Part shown: positions 1 to 9,128 of the stretch, in pieces
Numbering within the stretch: the first letter of the stretch is position 1
How the letters are laid out: each line of letters opens with the position of its first letter
Virus genome (UHGV): UHGV-0036582
Strand: one strand, 5' to 3'
DNA length: 64,000 nucleotides
DNA from: a virus
Notes under the pieces: model-generated
What the model was told of the DNA's origin: nothing
The model's input: only the letters and a program-made list of their open reading frames with translations
The model's database searches: none
Position numbers and translations under genes: made by a program

Positions 1-129
1 TGTTTCCCGCAGGCTAAAAACACCAACCTCTTACCTCCAGGCAACCGACAAACCCACCTGTTCCCGTCCGGCTACCGTAACTTTCCACTTTGACGCCTTA
101 TTCGTACAACGATAATTAACACCAACAAG

Positions 130-143
130 AAAACAATTTGTTA
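130..143. promoter_or_regulatory. palindromic operator-like site AAAACAATTTGTTA upstream of first rightward gene
   Basis: Dyad AACAA-T-TTGTT about 20 nt upstream of RBS AAGGAA (152-157) and ATG 164; same 13-bp palindrome family recurs at 9271, 38500, 41432. Confidence 0.4.
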
Positions 144-163
144 TTTACGATAAGGAATTAATC

Positions 164-646
164 ATGAATTTTATCGCTACTGTAAACGCACCCGCACATG
201 GCAATATCGCTGTAACGTTCTCTGACATTGAAAAACGAGTACTTGGTGCATGGCGCGACAATGAGACGGTAGAACTGTCAGCACAAGAAAAATGCATTAT
301 TGCACGCGACATCATTGGCAATCGTCGTTACTCGCGGGTATTTGAAAAAGCGTATGTGGTAAATTCTGGATTCGGAACGTTCGTCTTTCCGGTGCGCTCC
401 GGGCGATTCTGCCAGTCCAAGCTGATTGAGTTCGCTACGCAGATTTCTGTCTGGATTAAAACTCAATCGTCGTTCAAATTTTCCGACGATGAAGCAGTAT
501 CGCAGGGGATGCGGATCGCCAACAATGCAATTAAATGCAAAAACATTACGTATACCGCTGGCGTTGACACATGGAAACTGTTTTGCGCTAACTTTATGCT
601 GAATGTATACGCAAGCAACCGCATCCACATCCTTGATGGCGTGTAA
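164..646 (+). CDS. hypothetical protein
   Basis: 160-aa ORF with AAGGAA RBS; followed by hairpin 655-678; no recognisable catalytic motif. Confidence 0.45.
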   Translation: MNFIATVNAPAHGNIAVTFSDIEKRVLGAWRDNETVELSAQEKCIIARDIIGNRRYSRVFEKAYVVNSGFGTFVFPVRSGRFCQSKLIEFATQISVWIKTQSSFKFSDDEAVSQGMRIANNAIKCKNITYTAGVDTWKLFCANFMLNVYASNRIHILDGV

Positions 647-654
647 CTGAGAAG

Positions 655-678
655 AGGGCCAGAAACGGCCCTTTCTCT
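655..678 (+). terminator. putative intrinsic terminator after ORF 164-646
   Basis: Stem AGGGCC / GGCCCT with 6-nt loop followed by TTCTCT; T-tract weak. Confidence 0.45.
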
Positions 679-775
679 ATAGCCACCAGCTGCCGCAGGG
701 AAATTTTCAGAAACGGCGAGGAACGTATTCATGAGCCGACGGGGAACGGCCAGGATTTTTTCGGGAAACGGCTGC
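660..775. repeat. four direct copies of GAAACGGC-like 8-mer (iteron-like)
   Basis: AGAAACGGC at 661, AGAAACGGC at 709, GGAACGGC at 743, GAAACGGC at 765 inside a 600-bp non-coding convergent region; read directly from sequence. Confidence 0.5.
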
Positions 776-899
776 ATTCGCCTTTATGTAGAAAAAACAT
801 CGGGAAGCTGGTGGAATCCAACCAGCGGTTGTCGGACAGGTGAGCGGGGAAAATTATGATGACTTTCGTCACCTGAGACATCCAGATTTCTTTCGTAGC

Positions 900-1025
900 A
901 TAATCACATACGTGATTAAGTGGTGTGATTATGTGAAAAATCACGCGCACATAATACGCGAGCGGATACAGAACAAAACAAAATGCCGATCCGCACCGAC
1001 AAATAAACGCGGATCACATAGCAAG
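900..1025. repeat. cluster of GTGATTA/TAATCAC and TCACATA short inverted/direct repeats
   Basis: TAATCAC-ATAC-GTGATTA palindrome at 901-918, GTGATTATGTGAAAAATCAC at 923-942, TCACATA again near 1013; non-coding. Confidence 0.4.
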
Positions 1026-1180
1026 ACTAAAAGCCAATGATTAACCATACTCTATAGCGCAATATAACGCGTTTTAAGCGCGTTAATGTGTTAAGTAATG
1101 GGTATGTACTGGCAAGGATATAAAAGCGCGTCTATGGCGTTATTTTGGTGCTTATTTTTATGTTGTTGGAGTGAGTTAAA

Positions 1181-1212
1181 GACAATAAAAAACGCGCCAT
1201 TGATGGCGCGTT
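1181..1212 (-). terminator. intrinsic terminator of leftward operon
   Basis: 9-bp stem AACGCGCCA / TGGCGCGTT, loop TTGA; on minus strand the hairpin is followed by TTTTTATTGTC. Confidence 0.6.
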
Positions 1213-1232
1213 ATTGTGGAAGTATTGGAAAC

Positions 1233-1268
1233 GAAAAAAGCGCCCATAGTGGGCGCTCGATTTTATTT
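1233..1268. terminator. bidirectional hairpin terminator (copy 1 of repeated 19-nt hairpin)
   Basis: AGCGCCCA-TAG-TGGGCGCT at 1239-1257 flanked by AAAAAA upstream and GATTTTATTT downstream. Confidence 0.55.
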
Positions 1269-1493
1269 ATGTAAACTGATTTCAAATCCCATTTCTACAA
1301 ACGCTTTCAGCATTAAAAATATATCAGCGTCGTTCACCTCAGCTTTTTTGCGCTCCTGGTCGCTCAATAAGTCAATTTTGCGCGTCGTTTCATCTATAAG
1401 CTCGACTGCGCGCCCAGCGTAACCAGCGATCCCAGCGATGCGATTAACATAATATTCATTATGGACGTTAACGCCAGCGATAAGAACAAACAT
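1263..1493 (-). CDS. hypothetical small protein
   Basis: 76-aa ORF at end of leftward operon immediately upstream of terminator hairpins. Confidence 0.4.
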   Translation of the reverse strand: MFVLIAGVNVHNEYYVNRIAGIAGYAGRAVELIDETTRKIDLLSDQERKKAEVNDADIFLMLKAFVEMGFEISLHK

Positions 1494-1513
1494 GATTAAG
1501 CTCCTTAAAAAAA

Positions 1514-1762
1514 TTAAATAGAATTTTGAAGTTTTCCGATTAATGCGCTTAAACGTAAGTATTCACGTTTGCGCTTGCAATCTCGCTTGCTGTTAAGCAA
1601 ATCAGAAAACGTAAAATTTAATTGGTCGCGTTGCGCGATCAAATCATCAATTAATTCCAGTTTGTAAGCGCGATACTTTGCGCGATATTCCGCGCGGATC
1701 TTGTCATAGCTGACCATCTTTAAAGCTCCTTTAAAGCGCCCATAGTGGGCGCTTGATTCCAT
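1514..1762 (-). CDS. hypothetical small basic protein (start uncertain)
   Basis: 82-aa ORF; N-terminal 15 codons overlap the repeated hairpin 1735-1753 so the real start may be the internal Met near 1717. Confidence 0.35.
   Translation of the reverse strand: MESSAHYGRFKGALKMVSYDKIRAEYRAKYRAYKLELIDDLIAQRDQLNFTFSDLLNSKRDCKRKREYLRLSALIGKLQNSI
1735..1753. repeat. second identical copy of 19-nt hairpin AGCGCCCATAGTGGGCGCT
   Basis: Identical to 1239-1257; sits between two leftward ORFs. Confidence 0.5.
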
Positions 1763-1765
1763 TAA

Positions 1766-2416
1766 TTACGCTTTAAAAGCATCAGCTAAATAATTGTAGA
1801 AATCATTCTTGATAAAGCGATATTGCTGTGTACCAGCTTTCGCACTCCCAGCTCCTTTGACTTTTTCAACAAGTCCAAGACGTTCGCAAAGATTGATCAA
1901 CTGGTTGGCTTGAGTATAGCCAGCGTCCAATTTAATTTCACACGCTTTTTTAGCTTCATTCATTAAATCGAAAACAGCGCCATTGGTGAACGTGTCGATC
2001 TCGTCGTTAATCATATCGATTAAAGCGAATACACGAGATCCAGACATATCAGCGATGGAATAAACGCATTTACCAGATTTAATTGATTTAACCAGATAAA
2101 CCAGTTTTTCCAGAGAATAACTATTAGTCATTGCATCACGAAAAAATACTTCTGGCGCTTGTTTGCTTGCTTTAATCGCATAGTAGAAAACAGAGCATAA
2201 TTTTTCGTCTTCTACTGCGTTTACGACGTTGTTGATGAAGTAAGCAAGTTTAGTGGTCGCAGCTTGCATATTTGCTTTGTCTGCTTTAGTGTGCGTACCA
2301 TTTTTATAATGTTCGTTATATGTTTGAGTTGCCAGATCTGCTTTTTCGCGCAGTTCATCGGATACAATGGAAGCAGCTTCAATGATGGATTTTTTAGAAA
2401 TGATAATGTTAGCCAT
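1766..2416 (-). CDS. hypothetical protein
   Basis: 216-aa ORF in leftward operon; no diagnostic motifs seen. Confidence 0.5.
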   Translation of the reverse strand: MANIIISKKSIIEAASIVSDELREKADLATQTYNEHYKNGTHTKADKANMQAATTKLAYFINNVVNAVEDEKLCSVFYYAIKASKQAPEVFFRDAMTNSYSLEKLVYLVKSIKSGKCVYSIADMSGSRVFALIDMINDEIDTFTNGAVFDLMNEAKKACEIKLDAGYTQANQLINLCERLGLVEKVKGAGSAKAGTQQYRFIKNDFYNYLADAFKA

Positions 2417-2654
2417 GATAATTTTTCCTTATGTAAATTTAAAATTTATTGTCGTTAGCGTCTTCGCTTTCGACGAGTTCAATTATCGATACGCGAAAAA
2501 AGATTGCAAGTGTTTTTTTAAAATTTTTTGCAGGGATGAAAGTCCTAGAAATAAAAGCGAGATCGTCGAAGGTGTTCCCTAAATAAATAATCGATTCCGG
2601 CTTTCGACCTTATATATATTTAGATTATTTGATTTATAGATATAAAGAAGTGAT

Positions 2655-2687
2655 GTGAAAAATAATAACCGGACTTAGCCGGTTATT
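2655..2687 (-). terminator. intrinsic terminator after ORF 2700-3008
   Basis: 9-bp stem AATAACCGG / CCGGTTATT (2664-2687); on minus strand followed by ATTTTTCAC. Confidence 0.55.
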
Positions 2688-2699
2688 AACCTTATAGAT

Positions 2700-3008
2700 T
2701 TATTGAACAGACTCTACAGCCTTACGATTGGTGTCAAATAGCGCATCAACGAACTGTGCCGATGACTCGCTAGATTCGCAATCCAACATTGCCCGTTCTT
2801 CATTTGCCACTTTCTTACACAGTTCCACATTCTCACCTATCGCTTTTCCTGCTTTTACGGCTGCCGAAAATTGATACATGCAAACTGATACATTCTGAGA
2901 CGTTGAGCACACGTCATTCATCAGCGACTGAATGACAGGCTTATAGTCCATTGCATTTGCCGCAACTGAGCAAAGTAAAAATAATGGTGGTAACAATATC
3001 GATTTCAT
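2700..3008 (-). CDS. secreted small protein with signal peptide
   Basis: N-terminus MKSILLPPLFLLCSVAANA typical Sec signal; several Cys in mature part. Confidence 0.5.
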   Translation of the reverse strand: MKSILLPPLFLLCSVAANAMDYKPVIQSLMNDVCSTSQNVSVCMYQFSAAVKAGKAIGENVELCKKVANEERAMLDCESSESSAQFVDALFDTNRKAVESVQ

Positions 3009-3011
3009 AAC

Positions 3012-3614
3012 TCAAAAAGGCAAAATTCGTTCAACCCAATCGAACAAAACAACTATTTTTCTACCGTTCTCGACACGTAGTGTAACCTGACAAGCATCTG
3101 CGCCTGCTGACACCCCCTCAATTTCACGGCCATCCGCCATGTACACCCTTATAGATTTGTTTGCTTTGTAGGCTTGGTTGCAAATTGCAAAAAAATCGCG
3201 GCGTGATGGCCGATTATCGACATAATCAGGGTGAACTGTTAGTCGACCTTTGAAATCGTGAGCGATACTGTCAACCACACCTGATTCAATTGTACTAATG
3301 CGTTCAAGTGGGAGCCTTATACGATTTTCTTTGTCAAAAGGGGCTGGGCAAAGGTCAACTTTGTTACGAGATGGCATGAGGCCATAAACGTACATGCAAA
3401 ACGCCTGGCCATCTTCGAGAGTGACCCTTACAGGAATTTGTTCTCTGCGCCAGAACATCAGTAGTTTTTCAACGTTAGTGTAATCTCGCGGCCAGAGTTC
3501 AGCTTGGATACCGTAGGTAATATCTTTGGTTGTCATGTCATCACAGAGTTGTTGGCAGAATGTCGATGTCACCAGAATTGCTGGTGAACACCCTGAACGC
3601 TTTTGTGTCTCCAT
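3012..3614 (-). CDS. hypothetical protein (start probably internal Met at 3536)
   Basis: ORF overlaps downstream end of lipoprotein gene; in-frame MTTKD start at 3536 avoids the overlap. Confidence 0.45.
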   Translation of the reverse strand: METQKRSGCSPAILVTSTFCQQLCDDMTTKDITYGIQAELWPRDYTNVEKLLMFWRREQIPVRVTLEDGQAFCMYVYGLMPSRNKVDLCPAPFDKENRIRLPLERISTIESGVVDSIAHDFKGRLTVHPDYVDNRPSRRDFFAICNQAYKANKSIRVYMADGREIEGVSAGADACQVTLRVENGRKIVVLFDWVERILPF

Positions 3615-3963
3615 TCTTCAGAGTCGTTTCTCGCTCTTGACGAGCGGGGTTTAGAGCACATAAACCTGCACCTTCAAGAGATGCACCCACAATTAATTCT
3701 CCGGCATTTAAATGGAAAGTCGCTTTTTCGCCTGTAGCCAGTTTTGCGACAGTTTCGCCGTTGATGAAAATGGAAGCATCACATCCAGCTCCTACAAAAC
3801 CTGTGTCTCTCATTACCACCAACGTAGCTGGCGCTGCGCTTTGATACTTGAACACTTTGGCCTGCGGTGCTGGTTTGGCGTCATGGATTGATATTGGGCG
3901 TGATTGGCACGCGGTAAGCATCAACACTGGTAACGTTAGTAGAGGGAGAAGCGAGTATTTCAT
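3541..3963 (-). CDS. lipoprotein
   Basis: MKYSLLPLLTLPVLMLTAC: signal peptide with lipobox LTAC; track ORF extends to 4005 but the signal peptide starts at the Met at 3963. Confidence 0.55.
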   Translation of the reverse strand: MKYSLLPLLTLPVLMLTACQSRPISIHDAKPAPQAKVFKYQSAAPATLVVMRDTGFVGAGCDASIFINGETVAKLATGEKATFHLNAGELIVGASLEGAGLCALNPARQERETTLKNGDTKAFRVFTSNSGDIDILPTTL

Positions 3964-4031
3964 GATAGTTTTAGAACAGAAAGTGAACAGTATGGGAGAC
4001 TTCATCTTTGTCTCCCTAATTGATAGCGTGA

Positions 4032-4310
4032 TTATTTTAATCTGCTTAATAGCGTTTCGAGATCTTCCTTTGTCATATTAGAGTTCTCATAGATACGCAT
4101 GATTTTCTCACGAGTCTTAGCGGAAGCCCCGACAGAAGATATAACCTTGTCAAAGTCGGCCATTGTCAATTGTTCCAGAATGGTATTTATGACTTCAGCC
4201 TTAGACATTTTGATATTTTTTTCTTTTAGTTTCACTTGAAACTTTCCAAGTTTGTCATTGGCCTTATCAGACAATGCTACCTGACAATAAGTTGTTTTCT
4301 TTTCGCTCAT
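4032..4310 (-). CDS. hypothetical protein
   Basis: 92-aa lysine-rich ORF directly downstream of helicase gene. Confidence 0.4.
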   Translation of the reverse strand: MSEKKTTYCQVALSDKANDKLGKFQVKLKEKNIKMSKAEVINTILEQLTMADFDKVISSVGASAKTREKIMRIYENSNMTKEDLETLLSRLK

Positions 4311-4312
4311 AA

Positions 4313-5872
4313 CTAATCTCGTTTCAGAACTCCAAAATCGAATGCTCCATCAATAGGCAATACACCTTCTGCAAAGCCAGGTGTGGTGTCGATGATGTGT
4401 TTTCGCTCATAAGAGTGAGACAACAGGTATTTGTTGCTAATGTCAATGAAATCAGTGATAAAACACACGTTTGCCTGATTTTTTTTGGCTCGTAAGCCAC
4501 GACCGACACGCTGCCTCATTTCAACTTCTGCTTTCCCACCACCAGCAAGAATGACCGCACCAACGCTTGGCACATCAACACCGACATCCAGAATAGTCGA
4601 GCCTATTAAAACATCTATTTCTCCAGACGCTAAACTGTTCAGCTTTGCTTGCCTTGTCGCCTGGTTAGATTCCCCATAGATGAAGTCAACTCTAAGGCCG
4701 GACTCTTTCATCATTTCCATCAGGATTTGCCCGTGGCGTTTAAGACGAACCAGAGTCATACAATTGAGAGAATGTTGCTTATAGAGCAATGCTTCGCGAA
4801 CAATGGCCTCGTTACGTCCCAAATTATACACGATCCCCAACTGATAAGCCTTTTGGTAGGCGGTGCTCATACCAACTCTAAAATTGAGGTGTTTGTTGGC
4901 AAGTTCGGCCTTGATTCTGGCCTCGTCTGGCTTGTAGGCAACTTTATGATAAAGGAAGTACGGCTTTGCCAGAATGCCTCGATCAATCAGGTACTTTTCT
5001 GTGACTTTAATTTCAATTCGCCCGGCCACCGCCATCAGGCGCATGTTGGCTTCCGTCGAATCCTTCATGAACGGCGTGGCTGTAAGCGCCAGACGATAGT
5101 CTGCGTTCACACATAATCTGGCGATGTCATAGAAATTTGAGCCTGAAGACTCATGCGCCTCTTCCAGAATAAGAAGAGAGACACTTGAAAGGAAGCGTTT
5201 CACCAACTCCCGACGTTTGAGGTGGTAGCTTTTCTTATCTGGTGTTGCATCGCGTGGTGGTTCTTCGAGGAAACTTGCAAGAGTTTGAACTGTAGCGACG
5301 TTGATATGTCGTGATACCTGGAACTCACCCGAGCCAATGACTCCAACCTTTTGGTCTTTTAACCACGGTTCGCCATTTTCGGCGCGGTAGTCGATGGATC
5401 TCTGGAAGTTTTCGGCCATTTGAAACATCAGAACAGAGCGGGTTGTTAAAAATAATGTCATTCGACCGATACGTGCAGCTGCTTTGCAGGCAACGTTAGA
5501 TTTCCCGCCACCAGTAGCGATCTGCGCAATCATCATTCCCTCTCGAACCAGTGTTTCCACAGTCTGATCCTGATACGCATAATCAGGATTGTATGGGAAT
5601 GGGTTAACCGCAGGATTTGGTTTACCAAGCGCCGGGGCTTTGTCTTTGCGGATATGAACACATTTGATGCCCGCCTTGTTCAAGTTCGCCGCTACAGGCT
5701 TGGCAAAGCCAGCAGGGAACGAGTTTTTACTCCAGTTGAACATCGTGCTTGTGCCCTTCCAGTCGCCAGTCTCGACTTCGTAGCTCAACATCTGTTGCAC
5801 CATTTGCTTTACCTTGTCATCTGCGCCAGAAATAAGCGCATTAACTGCGTTAGATACAATCCGAACAGTCAT
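4313..5872 (-). CDS. superfamily-2 DEAH-box DNA/RNA helicase
   Basis: Motif I ATGGGKS, motif II LILEEAHE (DEAH-type), motif III TATP, motif VI QRVGRGLR. Confidence 0.75.
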   Translation of the reverse strand: MTVRIVSNAVNALISGADDKVKQMVQQMLSYEVETGDWKGTSTMFNWSKNSFPAGFAKPVAANLNKAGIKCVHIRKDKAPALGKPNPAVNPFPYNPDYAYQDQTVETLVREGMMIAQIATGGGKSNVACKAAARIGRMTLFLTTRSVLMFQMAENFQRSIDYRAENGEPWLKDQKVGVIGSGEFQVSRHINVATVQTLASFLEEPPRDATPDKKSYHLKRRELVKRFLSSVSLLILEEAHESSGSNFYDIARLCVNADYRLALTATPFMKDSTEANMRLMAVAGRIEIKVTEKYLIDRGILAKPYFLYHKVAYKPDEARIKAELANKHLNFRVGMSTAYQKAYQLGIVYNLGRNEAIVREALLYKQHSLNCMTLVRLKRHGQILMEMMKESGLRVDFIYGESNQATRQAKLNSLASGEIDVLIGSTILDVGVDVPSVGAVILAGGGKAEVEMRQRVGRGLRAKKNQANVCFITDFIDISNKYLLSHSYERKHIIDTTPGFAEGVLPIDGAFDFGVLKRD

Positions 5873-5915
5873 AAACCTCTTTCCTTAGTGCCTTTTGTAT
5901 GTTATTTGGCTATTA

Positions 5916-5938
5916 TAATAAGTAAGTGATTACTTAGT
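5916..5938. promoter_or_regulatory. dyad TAAGTA/TACTTA motif in divergent promoter region
   Basis: ATAAGTAAGTGATTACTTAG between leftward helicase gene and rightward ParB-like gene; member of a recurrent intergenic motif family. Confidence 0.4.
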
Positions 5939-6635
5939 GGATTGTAGCAATAAAATGGATGTAAAAATCACGATTTTGCAGGTTGATGTTGCCAACCTTC
6001 GCCCGAATACCTGGAACACCAATTCGGTTGGTGCGCAGAATTTTGAAAAACTGAAAGGTTCTATCGAAAAATTGGGCTTTTTTAAGCCAATTTTGGCTCG
6101 TGAACTTGAAGATGGATTTTTTGAAATCCTCGGCGGCGAACATCGCTGGCGTGCTGCTATTGAGCAAGGAATTTCAACGGTTCCGGTGCTTTCTGTGGGC
6201 AAAATTAGCGATGTCGTAGCTAAACAGATGTCACTGGTGGACAACGAGCGATACGGTGAAGACGACCAAATCGCATTGCAACGCTTCATTGAAGAAATTC
6301 AGTCAGAACTTGACTATCAACTGTCTGAAATCGCCCCGTATGACGACGAAATCTCGATGGTTTTAGCAAAAGAGGCGGCAATCGACCTTGAAGCACTGGA
6401 GGCGTTGTCTCGTGGTAGTGATGAGCCTGTCGATACCGACAAACGAGAGAAAACCGAACGTGTGGGTGCGGAACATCAGACCATGCGCTTCAAAGTAACT
6501 TTCGATGCGTCAGATCGTGTTGCAGAAACCATAAAAAACATCATCAAAGAGCAGGCTATTAACACCGGTAATGAAATGGAGAACGCTGGTGAGGCTCTGG
6601 TGTGGCTGGTCGACTACTACAAGGAGCGTATGTAA
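5937..6635 (+). CDS. ParB-like nuclease-domain protein 1
   Basis: ParB/Srx N-terminal signature ILGGEHRWRAAIEQG (GxxRxRAA box); GTG start per ORF track. Confidence 0.65.
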   Translation: MDCSNKMDVKITILQVDVANLRPNTWNTNSVGAQNFEKLKGSIEKLGFFKPILARELEDGFFEILGGEHRWRAAIEQGISTVPVLSVGKISDVVAKQMSLVDNERYGEDDQIALQRFIEEIQSELDYQLSEIAPYDDEISMVLAKEAAIDLEALEALSRGSDEPVDTDKREKTERVGAEHQTMRFKVTFDASDRVAETIKNIIKEQAINTGNEMENAGEALVWLVDYYKERM

Positions 6636-7303
6636 TGACCAAAAAGTTTGAAATCGTATATCGCGACCCGGCAGATCTTATTCCCTATGAGATGAATGCC
6701 AAAAAGCATGATGAACAGCAGATCCGAGATCTGGCCGCAGCCATTAAAAAGCGCGGATTTGACCAGCCAATTACGGTCGATAAGAACGACGTAATTATTA
6801 CTGGCCACGGCCGCCGTGAGGCTGCAATTTTTGCTGGACTTGAGCGCGTACCGGTTATTGTTCGCGATGATCTCAGTGATGACGAGGTTCGTGCGAAGCG
6901 CCTTGAAGATAACCGACTTGCCAGCATTGATTACGATGCAATTAAGCTACAGAAAGAGCTTGAGTCGCTTGTTCTGGACGATATCGAGGTTTTCGGCTTT
7001 GAAGAGCGTGAGTTGAATGTTCTCGTTGGCAGTATGACAGAAGAAATGGACACCGACTCGCTAGTTATCGATCTTGGCGAAGAAACTAAACGACAGAAGG
7101 ATGAACACACCGAGATCAGTCGTGAAGTTGCAGCGGAAGAAGTACGTGTTGTCGACGTATTGGGCTTTAAAACGCTCCCTGCTGGCTCTGCCATTGTTGT
7201 TGGTGATTTGCTTGCCCATATGGAAGAAATGACGGGAGAAAGCGGGGTAGACGCATTTGTGGCATATGCGGAGAAGATCTCTTCCGGGGAGATGGCTGCA
7301 TGA
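6602..7303 (+). CDS. ParB-like nuclease-domain protein 2
   Basis: ITGHGRREAAIFAGL ParB-type arginine box; probable true start is the Met of MTKKFEIVY near 6636. Confidence 0.6.
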   Translation: MAGRLLQGAYVMTKKFEIVYRDPADLIPYEMNAKKHDEQQIRDLAAAIKKRGFDQPITVDKNDVIITGHGRREAAIFAGLERVPVIVRDDLSDDEVRAKRLEDNRLASIDYDAIKLQKELESLVLDDIEVFGFEERELNVLVGSMTEEMDTDSLVIDLGEETKRQKDEHTEISREVAAEEVRVVDVLGFKTLPAGSAIVVGDLLAHMEEMTGESGVDAFVAYAEKISSGEMAA

Positions 7304-7965
7304 GCAAATACATCATCAACATATCGTTTCAGACACGCGTAAATAAAACCACGCGCACGTTGGAAATCGCTGAGTCGTTCGGGCTTGGCCTGGACGAAAA
7401 AGAGTGGACGCTTTACGACAATCTGGAGCTGGAAGTGAAGCAGGGCGATGTGGTGTACATCACCGGCCAATCCGGTTCCGGCAAATCCGTTGTGCTGCGC
7501 GAGTTGCAACGACAGATGAAGGATGAAGGGCTGTCTGTAGCCTCCATCGATGATTTTACCTTCGATAATGAGGTTAACGTCATCGATCAGTTGGGCAAAA
7601 CGACCAGTGATGCGCTTGGGTTGTTATCTATGGCTGGTCTGAACGATGCATATCTGTTTGTTCGCAAGCCTTCTGAAATGTCAGACGGCCAGAAATATCG
7701 TCTCAAGATTGCCAAACTGATTGAGTCAGGCGCTAAAGTGTGGGCTGCTGACGAGTTCGGCGCTGTTCTCGACCGTGTAACCGCTCAGGTTGTGGCGTCT
7801 AACCTCCAGCGTGCCGCGCGAAAGGTTGGTGCGACGGTAATGGTGGCGACGACTCACGAAGACCTGAAGAACGCGCTGCGCCCGGATATGCAGATCACCA
7901 AGCACTACAAAGAACGCGTGAAGGTGGAATATCACAATGGTAGTCATGATGAGGTCCATTCATGA
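7300..7965 (+). CDS. stand-alone ABC-type ATPase
   Basis: Walker A GQSGSGKS, signature-like SDGQKYRL, Walker B VWAADEFG, H-loop ATTHED; no transmembrane domain. Confidence 0.65.
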   Translation: MSKYIINISFQTRVNKTTRTLEIAESFGLGLDEKEWTLYDNLELEVKQGDVVYITGQSGSGKSVVLRELQRQMKDEGLSVASIDDFTFDNEVNVIDQLGKTTSDALGLLSMAGLNDAYLFVRKPSEMSDGQKYRLKIAKLIESGAKVWAADEFGAVLDRVTAQVVASNLQRAARKVGATVMVATTHEDLKNALRPDMQITKHYKERVKVEYHNGSHDEVHS

Positions 7966-8852
7966 CGGACATCATCATTAAACGCTACCGCCCTGAAGAG
8001 TTTCCGCGTCATCTGGACTTTCTGGAGCGAATGACTGTTACAAAGGGAACTGTAGAGGACTGGCACGCTCTTAAGTCGCTTCACTACAAAACAGACGGCA
8101 AACCTTTCGCGCCAACTTACTATCGCTGCGAACTTGATGACCGTCTGGTGGGCGTCGTGGTTATGGCTTACCCGAAACTACTGTTGGCACCTCGCCACCG
8201 CATGTTTCCTAAGTTGAAACCAACCACTAATACCACCGTGGCTAACCAGTACTGGGGTCGGTACGTGAATAACAACTTTGCGGTGATCAGTCGCTCAGTT
8301 GTGGATACTCAGTATCGTGGCGTAGGCGTCTCTTATCGAATGATTAACCTGGTTAGCAGGATGCATGACCGGCCAATCATTGAGATCCAGTCCTCGATGA
8401 GCAAATACAATCCCTTCGCCATGAAAGCAGGGTTTAAGTTCATCCGCCCTGAGCGACCGAAGAGCTATGAAAGTGCACTGCGTGTATTCCAGCGCCATTT
8501 TCGTTCCGACCCGGGTGATAACGAGGCGATCGTCAAAGAGTTGTTCGCAATGAGCGAGTCTCGTCGTCGCCGTGCACTGCGTGATCTGGTGGCGGACTAC
8601 CATAAGAACAGTTCCCTGGCAAAAGCTGGGCGGAATCGTGGCACGACGATTCAGGACATTGCCGACAGTCTGGTGGACGAGGCCAGCATTGTGAAGTTGC
8701 TCAAGGACATTCACAACCTGAGCTTTACGTCTCCGTTGTATGGGGTGTATCGAAACCCTGACTTTGGTCGTCGACTGCCTGACACGCTGCCACTGCTGGC
8801 ATTCGACAAACAACCTTTGGATAAACCGTTAGAAATTGCTTTACCGGCATAA
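7962..8852 (+). CDS. GNAT-fold acyltransferase-like protein
   Basis: FAVISRSVVDTQYRGVGVSYRMINL (CoA-binding R-G-x-G) followed by NPFAMKAGFKFI (GNAT motif B); assignment by motif only. Confidence 0.5.
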   Translation: MTDIIIKRYRPEEFPRHLDFLERMTVTKGTVEDWHALKSLHYKTDGKPFAPTYYRCELDDRLVGVVVMAYPKLLLAPRHRMFPKLKPTTNTTVANQYWGRYVNNNFAVISRSVVDTQYRGVGVSYRMINLVSRMHDRPIIEIQSSMSKYNPFAMKAGFKFIRPERPKSYESALRVFQRHFRSDPGDNEAIVKELFAMSESRRRRALRDLVADYHKNSSLAKAGRNRGTTIQDIADSLVDEASIVKLLKDIHNLSFTSPLYGVYRNPDFGRRLPDTLPLLAFDKQPLDKPLEIALPA

Positions 8853-8861
8853 GGATTTGCC

Positions 8862-9128
8862 ATGACGTTAACCGATAAACAAAAGGACATCATCAAAACG
8901 CTCAATCTCGGTTATGAGCGAGGTCATCTACTTGATCTGGACGAATTGCTTGAAGTTTTGCCGTACAAGACAACCAAGCAAAGTATCCAGTTCTCAATTC
9001 GCGCTCTGATAAAAAAGGGGCTTGTGGAGAAAGGGCATACGCGCCAACGCAGTGACAATCGCTATCACCGCCGAACTCTTGGGTTAACCACTTTAGGTCG
9101 AGCCAAAGCGAAGTTACTGGTGATGTAA
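8862..9128 (+). CDS. small hypothetical protein, possible winged-helix DNA binder
   Basis: 88 aa, basic; KQSIQFSIRALIKKGLVEK helix-like segment; no firm motif. Confidence 0.35.
   Translation: MTLTDKQKDIIKTLNLGYERGHLLDLDELLEVLPYKTTKQSIQFSIRALIKKGLVEKGHTRQRSDNRYHRRTLGLTTLGRAKAKLLVM

Noticed and set aside
6931-7509. 192-aa minus-strand ORF overlapping the second ParB-like gene and the ABC ATPase gene
   Set aside because: Ser/Thr-rich translation typical of an antisense frame; the sense-strand genes have clear motifs.
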